Part shown: positions 11,964 to 32,253 of the stretch, in pieces
How the letters are laid out: each line of letters starts with the position of its first letter
How positions within the stretch are numbered: the first letter of the stretch is position 1
Source of the DNA: the human T2T-CHM13v2.0 reference genome, Homo sapiens
Assembly: GCF_009914755.1 (NCBI RefSeq)
Contig: NC_060929.1
Direction: 5' to 3' (one strand)
DNA: 64,000 nucleotides
Program-made: the position numbers and the translations under genes
Notes under the pieces: generated by a model
What the model saw: the letters and a program-made list of their open reading frames with translations, nothing else
Databases searched by the model: none
What the model was told of the DNA's origin: nothing

Positions 11964-12980
11964 ATGGGGAAAAAACAGAACAGAAAAACTGGAAACTCTA
12001 AAAATCAGAGCGCCTCTCCTCCTCTAAAGGAACGCAGCTCCTCACCAGCAACAGAACAAAGCTGGATGGAGAATGACTTTGACGAGCTGAGAGAAGAAGG
12101 CTTCAGACGATCAAATTACTCTGAGCTACGGGAGGACATTCAAACCAAAGGCAAAGAAGTTGAAAACTTTAAAAAAAATTTAGAAGAATGTATAACTAGA
12201 ATAACCAATACAGAGAAGTGCTTAAAGGAGCTGATGGAGCTGAAAACCAAGGCTCAAGAACTACCTGAAGAATGCAGAAGCCTCAGGAGCTGATGCGATC
12301 AACTGGAAGAAAGGGTATCAGCAATGGAAGATGAAATGAATGAAATGAAGTGAGAAGGAAAGTTTAGAGAAAAAAGAATAAAAAGAAACGAGCAAAGCCT
12401 CCAAGAAATATGGGACTATGTGAATAGACCAAGTCTACGTCTGACTGGTGTACCTGAAAGTGATGGGGAGAATGGAACCAAGTTGGAAAACACTCTGCAG
12501 GATATTATCCAGGAGAATTTCCCCAATCTAGCAAGGCAGGCCAACGTTCAGATTCAGGAAATACACAGAACGCCACAAAGATACTCCTCGAGAAGAGCAA
12601 CTCCAAGACACATAATTGTCAGATTCACCAAAGTTGAAATGAAGGAAAAAATGTTAAGGGCAGCCAGAGAGAAAGGTCGGGTTACCCTCAAAGGGAAGCC
12701 CATCAGACTAACAGCAGATCTCTCGGCAGAAACCCTACAAGCCAGAAGAGAGTGGGGGCCAATATTCAACATTCTTAAAGAAAAGAATTCTCAACCCAGA
12801 ATTTCATATCCAGCCAAACTAAGCTTCATAAGTGAAGGAGAAATAAAATCCTTTACAGACAAGCAAATGCTGAGAGATTTTGTCACCACCAGGCCTGCCC
12901 TAAAAGAGCTCCTGAAGGAAGCGCTAAACATGGAAAGGAACAACCGGTACCAGCCGCTGCAAAATCATGCCAAAATGTAA
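11964..12980 (+). pseudogene. L1 ORF1p (RNA-binding chaperone), disrupted
   Basis: MGKKQNRKTGNSK...RYQPLQNHAKM; premature TGA at 12291-12293 and 12351-12353 (CGA>TGA type). Confidence 0.96.
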
Positions 12981-13028
12981 AGACCATCGAGACTAGGAAG
13001 AAACTGCATCAACTAACGAGCAAAATAA

Positions 13029-16867
<3,839 letters not shown>

Positions 16868-17271
16868 ACAATGAGATCACATGGACACAGGAAGGGGAAC
16901 ATCACACTCTGGGGACTGCTGTGGGGTGGGGGGAGGGGGGAGGGATAGCATTGGGAGATATACTTAATGCTAGATGACGAGTTAGTGGGTGCAGCACACC
17001 AGCATGGCACATGTATACGTATGTAACTAACCTGCACAATGTGCACATGTACCCTAAAACTTAAAGTATAATAATAAAAAAAATAAAAAAATAAATCTTT
17101 ACAACATTCCTATGAGTTTAGCATTTACCAACTGCATTTTAGATATGAGAGAAAATGCTAATAGTTATTATTCATAGTAATACCAACAAAAATAATAGCT
17201 AACATATGAGTATTTGCTAAGTTTTAGGTACCATTATGTATGTTACATAAATATGCATGTATGCATATATA

Positions 17272-17500
17272 CAGGTTGAGCATCCCCATCCAAAAACCTA
17301 AAATTCAAGATGCTCTGAAATCCAAAATGCTCCAAAGTCTAAAACTTTTTGGTCACTGACATGAGATAGTGACTCCTTTGCTGATGGTTCAGTGTACACA
17401 AACTTTGTTTCATGCACAAAATTATTTAAAATATTGTGTAAAATTACCTTCAGGCTATGTGCACATGGTATACATAAAACATAAGTAAATTTCATGTTTA
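17272..17500 (+). mobile_element. Tigger4/MER46-like DNA transposon fragment
   Basis: TA followed by caggttgagcatccc...aaatccaaaatgctccaaagtctaaaacttttt, the Tigger4-type terminus. Confidence 0.75.
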
Positions 17501-17501
17501 T

Positions 17502-17765
17502 GGCTGGGCATGGTAGCTCACACCTGTATTCTCAGCCCTTTGGGTGGCCAAGGCAGGAGAATCATTTGAGAAGAGGAGTTCAAGACCAGCCTGGGCAACA
17601 TAGAGATATCCTGTCTCTACAAAAATTTTAAAAATTAGCTGGACATGGTGGTGCACACCTGTAGACCTGCACACCTGTAGATCGCTGGAGCCCAAACGTT
17701 CAAGGTTACAGTGACCTATGGTCATGCCACTGCACTCCAGCCTGGGCAACACAGACTCTGTTTCT
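17502..17765 (+). mobile_element. Alu, AluJ-like
   Basis: ggctgggcatggtagctcacacctgta...ccactgcactccagcctgggcaacacagactctg. Confidence 0.9.
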
Positions 17766-17782
17766 AATACATATATTAGAGA

Positions 17783-17826
<44 letters not shown>
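17783..17826 (+). repeat. (CTAT)11 tetranucleotide STR
   Basis: 11 perfect CTAT units counted directly. Confidence 0.97.
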
Positions 17827-19468
17827 TTTGATCCCATGGGGGAGATCACTCCTTTAATAATGCAAGAGAGTGAATAAGATGGGGGAGGGTGGCGTGCAAT
17901 TGAGAGATGAGCTTTATACTGGAATACCAAGTTTATGGTGTGGAACTCTGGGGTATTACACTGAAATGTTAGGGGTTCTCAGTGGGTTATTTGTCTCTTT
18001 CTATTAAACTCCATTTACATTTAGCTCTGCTGATGTTGCTCTTGCAGCAATTGGTTTTCTCAATTAACAGAAAAGGGAGAGGGAACAGCTTAAAGCCTTG
18101 GCTGTTGCCGCTCAGCAAGGGAACTGTGCTGCTCTGGAGAGAAAGGTCTGGACATTGTGAGTTTCTGTTTATTTACTTTGTTTCTGACACACCTGTCTTT
18201 CAGGAAGCCTGGCAGTCCTAAGCTGAATGAATAGCATGCTGGAAAGCCCTTCTTTTGAACTAAGTTCAGGGCTTTTCTTCTAAACTGAGGTGCCCTCACA
18301 ACACATGTTCTGCCAACCACCCGAAGGTCAAAAAGATTTTCTGGATGTTTTTGAGACAAAGGGAATTCAAAATCTGCAAGGAATGGCCTGGGGCATGATA
18401 ATTCTGAGAGACAAGATTCTCCAGGCTATGCACAGAAAACCAACTTTTTATGTTAGTATTTAACTCAAGTAGAATCAACAATGGCATGGAAATTCGTTTT
18501 ATTTTGCTTTTCCTAAGGAGGATCATCTCGTTTAAAGTGTGAATTCAAAAACTCACTATTGTGATAGAGTGACCTCTTTTCATCCTAATTATTTTCCATA
18601 AGTATCCTGCTTGCTAGTGAAAAGACTGAAAGTGAAGAATACTAGTTATAAATCATCTTTAGAGTGAGAGCTGAAGTGAGATAACTTAACCTGAACAGCA
18701 CAAGCTGTCCCTGACATCTGCAACTTCACTCATCACCAGCAGTGAATCTGCTGGTCTGATTGGCCAGGTGTACATGTCTCCTCTCCCGAACGGTCAGGGG
18801 TAGCCAGTCACACTTCTGCCAATAAAGAGCACGACAAGTCCCTACTCTACAGTTAGTGACCATGTTAAACCTATCAAAGATTAAAGGGGAAATGGGGTAT
18901 TCCATTCAAATGTTAAAAAATTCCAATCCAAGATGTCTACCTATTATCATGATAATCAACACAGGACATTTATATCCAGAAATTTGGTTGCTTTGGTTCC
19001 TTTTATATTTACAAAATAATTATTAAACTAACCCACACACCCCAAATTGTATGCACAGGGCTTAGAACAAGTTGCAGGAGTCTTTTGTGCCACCCTCTTC
19101 ATAAGGCTCTCAAACTATTTTTTTTTAAATTCCATATTTCTAACTGACTTTCTATTATGAATGATGAAGATTTCACACTCTTTCACCATTTCACCTCTCT
19201 ACTTCCCTCTTTCTATCCTCCCATTACAGTTATATAACAATTATTGGCTAAATAAACATTCAGTGTTCTATTGTATCATCCCTGCAAAGTAACGTTTACT
19301 GATAAACCAAATGATGTGCCATAATTATGTTTTATTTATGGAACAACTTTTTGTTTTTTCTGGAGTTATATATTACCTTCTTTATTTGATTATGTGACAT
19401 TATCACCAATTTTTCTAGACGTCTCCAAAACATAATTTTTTAAATTTTAAATTTCTGTTGGTACATAA

Positions 19469-19480
19469 TAGGTAGGTAGG

Positions 19481-19516
<36 letters not shown>

Positions 19517-19538
19517 TAGATAGATAGATTGATTGATT
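19469..19538 (+). repeat. compound STR (TAGG)n(CAGA)n(TAGA)n(TTGA)n
   Basis: read directly inside the L1 3'UTR. Confidence 0.93.
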
Positions 19539-20715
19539 TATGGGGCCCACGAGATATTTTCATACAGGCAAGCAATGCATAATAATATCAGGGTAAACAG
19601 GGAATCTATTACTGCAAACATTTACCCTTTAAGTTACAAACAATTCAATTATATTCTCTTAGTTATTTTGAGATGTATGATAAACTACTGTTGACTGTAG
19701 TCACCCTGTTGAGCTATCAAATACCAGATCTTATTTGTTCTATCTAATTATATTTTTGTACCCATTAAACATCCCCACTTCTTACTTCCTCCCATCCACT
19801 ACACCTCCTAGCCTCTGGTAACCATCACTCTAATCTCTATCTCCAGGATCTCAATTCTTTTAATTTCCAGCTCCCTTAAATAGTGAGAATACGTGAAGAT
19901 GATCTTTCTGTGCCTGGATAATTTCATTTAACATAACATCCTCCAGTTACATCCATGTTGTTGCAAATGACAGGATCTCATTTCTTTCTATGGCCGAACA
20001 GTACTCCATTGTGTATATGTACCACATTTTCTTTATTCATTCGTCTATTGAGGGAAACTTAGGTTGCTTCCAAATCTTGGCTACTGTGAATAGTGCTACA
20101 ATAAATATGGAAGTGCAGATATATTGATTTCCTTTCTTTTGGGTGTATACCTACCTAGAAGTGGGATTGCTGGATCATATGGGAGTTCTATTTTTAGCTT
20201 TTTCGAGGAACCTCCAAATTGTTCTCCGTAGTGGTTGTACTAATTTACATTCCCACCAAAAGTGTAGGAGTGTTCTCTTTTCTCTACATCCTTGTCAGCA
20301 TTTGTTACTGCCTGTCTTTTGGATAAAAGCCATTTTAACTGGGGTGAGATAATATTTAACTGCAGTTTTGATTTGCATTTCCCTGATGACCAATGACATT
20401 GCACACCTTTTCATATGACTGTTTGCCATTTGTATGTCTTCTTTTCAGAAATGTCTATTCAGGTGTTTTGCCCATTTTTAATTGGATTATCAGATTTTTT
20501 TTCCTACGGAGTTGAGCTCCTAATATATTCTGGATATTAATCCCTTGTCAGATGGATAGTTTGCTAATATTTTCTCCCATTCTGTGGGTTGTCTCCTCAC
20601 CTTGTTGACTGTTTCCTTTGCTACGCAGGTATTTTTAACTTGATGTGATCCCATTTGTCTATTTTCGCTTTGGTTGCTTGTGCTTGTGGGGTATTACTCA
20701 AAAAATCTTTGCTCA

Positions 20716-21020
20716 GGCCAGGCGCAGTGGCTCACACCTGCAATCCATGCACTTTGGGAGGCCTAGGCAGGTATATCACTTGAGGTCAGGAGTTGGAGAC
20801 CAACCTGGCCAACATGGCAAAACCCTGTCTCAACTAAAAATACAAAAATTAGCCCAGCATGGTGGTGTGCACCTATAGTCCCAGCTACTCAGGAGGCTGA
20901 GGCACAAGAATCACTTGAACCCAGGAGGCAGAGGCTGCTGTGAGCTGAGATCACACCACTGCACTTCAGCCTCCAGTCTGGGCAACAGAGTGAGACTCTG
21001 TCTAAAAAAAAAAAAAAAAA
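20716..21020 (+). mobile_element. Alu (AluS-like) nested in L1
   Basis: full dimer with poly-A; TSD aaaaatctttgctca on both sides. Confidence 0.96.
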
Positions 21021-22682
21021 TCTTTGCTCAGGCCAATGTCCTGGAGAGTTTCCCCAATGTTTTCTTTCAATAGTTTTATAGTTTGAAGTCTTAGATTTAA
21101 GTCTTTATTCCATTTTGATTTGATTTTTGTATACGGCAAGAGATAGAAGTCTAGTTTCATTCTTCTGCATATAGATATCCAGTTTTCCCAGAACCATTTA
21201 TTGAAGAGACTGTCCTTTCTCAATGTATGTTCTTGGCACCTTTGTCAAAAATGAGTTCACTGTACATGTATGAATTTGTTCCTGGGTTTTCATGCCAGAA
21301 CCATCCTGTTTTGGTTACTATAGCTCTGTAGTGTTATTTGAAGTCAGGTAATATGATTCCTCCAGTTTTGTTCTTTTTGCTCAGTATAGCTTTGAGTATT
21401 CTGGGTCTTTTGTGGTTATACATGAATTTTAAGATATTTTTCTATATCTGTGAAGAATGTCATTGGTATTTTGATAGAGATTGCATTGAATCTGAAGATT
21501 GCTTTGGGTACTATGTACATTTTAACAATATTGATTCTTCCAATCCATGAACATGAAATATCTTTCCATTTTTTGTGTTCTCTTTAATTTCTTTCATCCG
21601 TGTTTTATAGTTTTCATTGTAGAACTCTTTCACTTCTTTCAGTAAGTTAATTCCTAGGTATTTTATTTGTAGCTATTATAAATGGGATTACATTCTTGAT
21701 TTCTTTTTCAGATTGTTCACCATTGGCATATAGAAATGCTACTGATTTTTATATGTTGAATTTGTGTCTTGCAACTTTATTGAATCTGTTTACCAGTTCT
21801 AGTAGTGTTTTGGTGAAGTCTTTAGGTTTTTCCAAATATAAAATAATATCATCTGCAAACAAGAATAACTTGACTTCTTCCTTTCCAATTTGAATATCCT
21901 TTCATTCTCCTGTCTGATTGCTCAAGGGGTAATGGACATCCCTGTCATGTTACAGATCTTGGAGGAAAAACTTTCAATTTTTCCCCATTCGATATGATAC
22001 TAGCTGTGGGTCTGTCATATATGGCTTTCCTTGTGTTCAGGTATGTTCCTTCTATCCTCAGTTTTTTGAGTTTTTATCATGAAGGGATGTTGAATTTTAT
22101 CAAATGCTTTCCCAGCATAAATTGAAATGATCATATGTTTTTGTCCTTCATTGATATGATGTATCACACTGACTGATTTACATTATGTTGAACCATCCTT
22201 GCTTCCTTGGGAAAAATCCCACTTGGTCACGATGACTAATCTTTTTAATGTGTTGCTGAATTTGGCTTGCTAGTATTTTGTTGAGGATTTCTGCATAAAT
22301 GTTCATTGGGAGTATTGGCCTGTAGTTTTCTGTTTGCAATGTGCCTTTGGTCTGTTTCGGTATGAGGGTAATACTGGCCTTGTGCAATAAGTGTGGAAGT
22401 ACTCCCTCCTCCTCTATTTTTCAGAATAGTTTGAGTAGGATTGATATTACTTCTTTAAATGTTTGGCAAAATTAAGCAGTAAAGCCATCAGATCCTGGGC
22501 TTTTCTTTACTGGGAGACTTTTCATTATGGCTTCAATCTTGATGGTATTGGTCTGTTCAGGTTTTGGATTTCGTCATGGTTAAATCTTGGTAGGTTGTAT
22601 TTGTCTAGGAATTTATCATTTTTTTAGGTTTTCCAATTTATTTGCATATAGTTGCTCCTAGTAGCATCTAATGATCCTTTGA

Positions 22683-23023
<341 letters not shown>

Positions 23024-23400
23024 AACATCTCCCTTTTCATCTCTGATTTTATTTATTAGCATCTTCTTTCATTGTTTTAAATTCTAACTCTCTTTTGTTC
23101 TTACTTGATAATTTTGTATAGTATCCTTTTGTTTCATTAATGTGATAACTTGTCATCTGTCTAGGGCTACGAAGTTTATTTTTTCTGAAACGTCTATTTG
23201 TTTCTTAAACTCTTTTTATATCAACCTAATCATCATCATTATTTTCATTTGTTTGCATTAGGCTTTTTGTTGAAGAATTTCCTCAGAGTTTTGTGGAGAC
23301 TTGGCTATCTATTCATATTCAACAGGGAGACACTAAAATACTGACTGGGAGCCTTGAATGATTTAACTGGACTTGTAGAGTCTTGGGGTTCATTATAGGG

Positions 23401-26131
<2,731 letters not shown>

Positions 26132-26249
26132 TGGGGTAATTGAGGAATAAAGACCCTTGGCTTCTTTATTGGGCAACCATCTAATGCCAGTACTATAGGT
26201 CTTTTCTCTGGGTGGTAATTCCATTTTTCTGAAGAAGAATTCTTCTTGG

Positions 26250-27165
26250 TTATTTTTATTTTTAATTTTAATTCTTATGAGTACATAGTAAGTATATGAA
26301 TTTATGGGTCACATGAAATATTTTAATACAGGCATACAGTGTGTAATAATCACATCAGGATAAATGGAGGAGCCATCATCTCAAGCATTTATCATTTCTT
26401 TGTGTTACAAACATTCCAATTATATTCTTTTAGTTGCTTTTAAATATGCAATAAATTATTGTTGACTGTAGTCACCCTCTTATGCTATCAAATACTAGAT
26501 CTTATTCTTCCTCCCCACTACCCTTCCCACTCTTTGATAAATGGCATCCTACTCTCTATCTCCACGAGTTCAAGTGTTTTGTTTGTTTGTTTGTTTTGTT
26601 TTTTTCTTGAGACAGTCTCACTCCATCACCCAGGCTGGAGTGCAGTGGCACGATCTCATCACAACCTCTGCCTCCCAGGTTCAAGTGATTCTTGTGCCTC
26701 AGCTTCCCATGTAGCTGAGATTACAGGCATGCACCACCATGACTGGCTAATTTTTATATTTTTAGTAGAGATGGGGTTTCATTATGTTGGCCATACTGGT
26801 CTTGAACTCCTGGCCTCAAGCAATCTGCCTGCCTCAGCCTCCCAAAGTGCTAGGATTGCAGGCGTGAGCCCCTGAACCTGGCAAGTTCAAGTATTTTTAT
26901 TTTAGTTACCAAAAATTAGTGAGGACATATGCAGTTTATCTTTCTGTACCTGGCTTATTTAACATAATGTCTTCCAGTTCCAACTATGCTGTTGCAAATT
27001 ACACAATCTCATTCTTTTTTTATGGCTGAATAGTACTCCATTGTTTATAGGTACTGCATGTTTTTTTGCATCCATTTGTCTGTCGATGGGACACTTAGGT
27101 TGCTTCCAAATCTTAGCTATTGTGAATAGTGCTACAATAAACATGGGAGTGCAGATATTTTTTTA
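26250..27165 (-). mobile_element. L1MA-type 3' fragment
   Basis: MFIVALFTIAKIWKQPKCP on the minus strand; 3'UTR similar to that at 19437-20150. Confidence 0.9.
26577..26882 (-). mobile_element. Alu (AluJ/S) nested in L1
   Basis: (GTTT)n tail and reverse Alu; TSD agttcaagtgtttt / agttcaagtatttt. Confidence 0.95.
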
Positions 27166-27742
27166 GACAATTTTTATAGAAAAACAATTTTTCTATCTCC
27201 TCTCTTGGCATTATAAGGCTAACTGACAGAGTTCTTATTCCCAGGTGCTACTAGAGAAGTCAGAACTTCACTATTCAGTTGATAGACTTTCATTTACTCT
27301 CTCACCTTCCAATGTGCCTAGTATCCCCAGGTTAAGACTTCTCTTATTTATTTTTATAGCATAAATTTCCATTCTAATGAGGATAAAGTGGCACTGGTCT
27401 CCTAGCTGAGCAGGGTGAGAGGAGAACCTATGGAGGACTCCCCTTCATATGCAGATTTCTCATCCACCTTCCCCCCTTTTTAAGATTCTTGGTTCCTCAA
27501 TTGCCATCTTTCAAGATTTTGACAAAGGGAATGGTTTGCTGGTTTTGCCCTCCTCTGTGGGCACTTTGTAATTAGCATTCTCAACTTTGTTGATTTTTTC
27601 CTCTCCTTTCCATTTCCTAAATTGGTCCTCTCACATCTCTAGTTGTTTCTTCTCGTCACCCTTTATTACTGACACTTTATTGTCTTCTATTCTTTACCGT
27701 CATTTGACAAGAGGGCTTTCAAAGGTAGCAAATAAAAAAGAC

Positions 27743-28135
27743 TGTATTAATTTTCCAGGGCTTCCATAACAAAATACCACAGATTGGGTGGCTTACACGA
27801 CAGTAATACGTTTTGTCAGTGTTCTACAGTTTGGAAGTCCAAGATCAAAGGCGTCAACAGGTTTAGTTTCTCTGAGACCTGTCTCCTTGGCTTTCAGATG
27901 GCTGCCTTCTTACCATGTGTTTACATGGTTGTCTCTGTGTGCATGTGTCTAATGTCTCTTTGTGAGTCCAAATTCCCTCCCTTTATAAAGGTATCATTCA
28001 GATTGGATTAGGGGCCACTCTAAAGACCTCATTTTAATTTAATCACCTCTTTAAAGACCTTATCTCCATGGTTACATTCTGAGGTACCAGGGGTTAGGAC
28101 TTCAACATTTTGAGAGGACACAATTCAGCCCATAA
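27743..28135 (-). mobile_element. MaLR solo LTR (MLT1A/MSTD-like)
   Basis: tgtattaattttccagggcttccataacaaaataccacagattgggtggctta...ggaagtccaagatcaa...aattcagcccataa. Confidence 0.85.
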
Positions 28136-29512
28136 AAAAGATCACATTTAAAACATTTTAAAAAATTCTTAACACTACGCCAAATGTATTGCAAGTATTC
28201 TCTATCCTTTTACTTAATGACGCTGGGACCATCTATCTAAATGAACACTGCTCTCTGAAATAGCACTCTTTTCATTAATGGATTCGCTCACTTATTAAAT
28301 ATCAATTATCGTGCATCTATTTTTGCAAGGTTCTTGGTTTATCAGCACAACAGGATACAGAGGTAAGCCAGACTCAATATCTATATACAAGAGGGCTTTG
28401 TTGAGAAGGATAAGAACAGGAGGCTTTTTATTTCTGTGATGAACTTTTATAGGATACTTTAAAGCATAAAATATTTGTCAACTCCTTAATGGTGGTTATT
28501 CTGAAAAGAACTTGAATGTTTTCAAGGGTTGTACTAATGCAGTCATCTTTTACATTAAATGCAACGTTTTGTACTTTTATTTTTTTTAAGTCACTTCTGT
28601 TACCCAGAAGTCAGGCACTTATAAAGGCTACTTCTGTTACTTTCTCTTGTCACCATTTCATTTCAGGAAATCTAACAGCTCAACTTTCAATTGCAGAAGA
28701 GAAAGTGAAGAATTGAACAACATAAAAAGCATACTCCCCTCTGCGGTAGTTACACATCCACAATTACGCTCTGCTTAGGGCAAGTTGGGAGCACTGGAGT
28801 GGGGGAAGAACTGATTATAGAGGGGAGCTGAGGGTCTGTAGCTCATGGCACGGCTCCCAACAATCTGGCCCATGGCTGTTCTTACTTGGCAAGCACATGA
28901 AATTGAAGATCACTGCTGCATCTCATGCTTCTACAGGGTATTGATCCATGGAAAATATTAATGATTAACTTAAGCAATACAATGAGAGGTTGTTACTTTG
29001 TACTGGCAATCTTTGACTTGATCCCCTATACAAATCACATGCAGAATGAGTATAAAGCAAAAAGAAAATGATTGTTTCATTTACTGGTAAGTTATTCTGG
29101 TCCTTCACCAAAATATGGGAAACTATTTTGGTCTAACATGAGACTACTCAATGAGAAGTCATAACTGATATCCCTGAATTTTTTATAGGTATAAGGTTAA
29201 GCTTAAGATGATAATTTATCCGAAGTCTTCTGAACTCTGTTTTTCTTAGGCAGTTTTCTGTATCTTGGCATTGCTGGTACTATATTATGGTAGATATGAA
29301 ATCAGCCAAATTTAAACTTGTCTATCTTTTGTTAGAAAGCATTTGGAGGAAAATTATCTACATTTTAGGATTTTCCAGTTATAACACTGTTGCCTGTGGC
29401 AATTGCACTTGCTATTAGACTCTTCCTGCCCTTTTTCAGGAAAAAGAAACTCAAGTGTCATTTGTTATTCTTGATACCAATGCTGAGTGACCTAACAAAA
29501 AATGCCATGGTT

Positions 29513-29859
<347 letters not shown>

Positions 29860-30729
29860 CTACCATACTATGCAGTGTCCTTCTTACAACCACCTAACCT
29901 TTCTCCCTCCCACAATCCCTGAACCTGGGTACAATTGCATGTAGATAAAGATTGACAGATGGTTAGCACATATATTGATCTAGGCAGATAATCTCACAGA
30001 TGTGATATGCGGGAAATAATAACATCAAACAGCTTTGGAAAAGATGTGTAAACACTGTGAATTTTTTGCTTCTATCACTTTAAGAGTTGGACTGATTTGG
30101 GAAGGACTCAAACTCTTCAAGTCTAGAGTCTTCATAGATAAAATAGGGACATTTTCAACTTCCTCCTAGAATGATGCTTTCTTGTGGGGACTGAATGAAT
30201 CAATACACATGAAAGTGCCTCTCTCCCTTGATATCTACAAATACATGTGCACACACACAAATATACACATACACACACACATATATATATCTGTGCATAT
30301 CTGCTCAGAATTCTATTATGCATTTGTTTCAGTCCAGACACTTGCAGTCTAGTTTAGAAATCAAGCATGAATTGTATAGCAATCCAAATGACAACAAAAT
30401 CTTACAATGAAAGACATTTTAGAAGCTACATGATTACATATCCTATGACTGTACTGAAAGTAACAGAGTTCACGTGCTCCATCTGAACCCTCACTGAATG
30501 CCAGTGCACACGTTATTCTTAATACTCAAGATAGTTCTGCACCTTATGTTTTGTTACTGTGATTTCAAAGATATGGAATGTGAACCTCAGAGAGGGTAGG
30601 CAACTTGGCGGAAAACAGAAGAAACAGATCCACTTGGACCCCAAGCCTGGCCTCCTTCCATCAGGCCACCCAATCCTGAATTTGAAACACAGTGAATTGC
30701 ATCATGCTCCGCAGTCTTCATCATGGAAG

Positions 30730-31590
30730 AGGGAGGGACTGGACCTTGAAGAAAGGGTAGAATTTGGGCAGATCAAGAAGAATGCAGGGACACTTCAGAA
30801 GAGGAGAGGATGCGAGCCAAGGCATGGAGACACAAACATTGGGGACATATTTGTGAGACAGTAATACACCAGTTTGTCTATACCAGAGGATCTGTGTGGA
30901 TGAAAAGCAAGAGAAGGAGCCAGAAGAGTCAAGTGGAGCTAATTCTGAAGGCCTGGAATGCCAGACAAAGGAATGTCATTCACTAGCTCATACAGAAAAT
31001 GAGAAACTGTCAAGAAACCACTGTGCTCTGTTACAGAGATATCAAGATATCGAACAAACAACAAAACAAAACAAAAATAACAACAACAAAATAGTCTGTG
31101 TAGGGCTTAGAGCCCATGTACTCCTATATGTGGACTAGGACTCTGGGGCTATGGCAGAAGTCTGTGTGGAGGGCCATGACAGCACAAGGAAGGGAGTTGT
31201 CATTTGGATCTGGCATGGAAGTTGTCAAAAAAGGTTTCACAGAGGACATGGATTTATGCTGGAAGTGACGGGCAGTGAAGAAATAGTTTGAACTGTGGAG
31301 AGTATGATAAAGATACCATTTTCAGAAAATGAACTCAGTAGCAGCATCCAGAGGGCATAATGTGGAGTGATGGCTAGAGTCTGGAGACTGAGGCTAATTA
31401 AATAGGAGATCATTGCAGCTATCCATGCAAAAGGAGAGGGTAGTGGCAGTGGAAATGAAGTCACAGGAAAGCATGAGATTTTACAGTGTACATCTCAGAG
31501 GACTTGACCTTCTGGCAGATAAAGCTGATGAGGGAGAGGAGGATTCAGTGATCACTCTAAGGTTCTGAGTTTAAGTGGAAAAATAGCAAT
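30730..31590 (-). mobile_element. degenerate L2 fragments
   Basis: 'ggaccttgaagaaagggtagaatttgggcaga', 'gaaggcctggaatgccagacaaagga', 'ggagatcattgcagctatccatgcaa'. Confidence 0.55.
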
Positions 31591-31649
31591 GTCCTGAAGA
31601 AAAATACGGGATTTTCTTCAGGAGAGCTTCTTCAAGGAAAAAGGTGTGC

Positions 31650-31760
31650 TCAGGTGAGGAAACTGAAGCATAAAAAGAGAAAAAACTTGCCCAGGTTGGC
31701 AACAACTTGCCAATACAGTCAGTGAGTGGCAGACTCTGAGTTCAAACCCAGATAATCTAA
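31650..31760 (-). mobile_element. MIR fragment
   Basis: caggtgaggaaactgaagca...aacttgcccagg...gtgagtggcagactctgagttcaaacccag. Confidence 0.75.
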
Positions 31761-31765
31761 ATATG

Positions 31766-32253
31766 AACTGTCTAATACGGCAGCCAATGGCCACAAGAGG
31801 CTGTTGGGCACTTGAAAGGGGGTTAGTATGACTAAAGGACTAAATTTTTAGTCTTACTTAATATTTATGAATTAAAAGACTGATAGTTGATTTAATAATA
31901 CTATATTTGGAACAACTTGGGAAGTGAATCTATATTTCTAATTGTAAATCTTATGAGATCTAAATGTCCAATAAAGATCCAGTATAATTGAGGACAATTG
32001 GGCATCCAAATTAATATGTGATGTAAGTAAAAAATACATACAGGATTTCAAAGACAAAGTATGAGGAAAGAATGTTAAATATCTCATTAATAATTATATA
32101 TATTGTTTACAAGTTAAAATAATCTGATACAGTGAGTTAAATAAAATATATCCTTGAAATAAATTTTACCTATTTCTTTTTACCTTTTAAATGTGGTACC
32201 AGAAGACCTAAAATTACGAAGTGTCTCATAATATTTCTATACTCCAGCGTTGG
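31766..32253. mobile_element. hAT-Charlie DNA transposon (MER33/Charlie1-like)
   Basis: ends ctgtctaatacggcagccaatggccaca and aatatttctatactccagcgttg; internal 'caggatttcaaagac...aaagaatgttaaatatctcattaata'. Confidence 0.7.
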
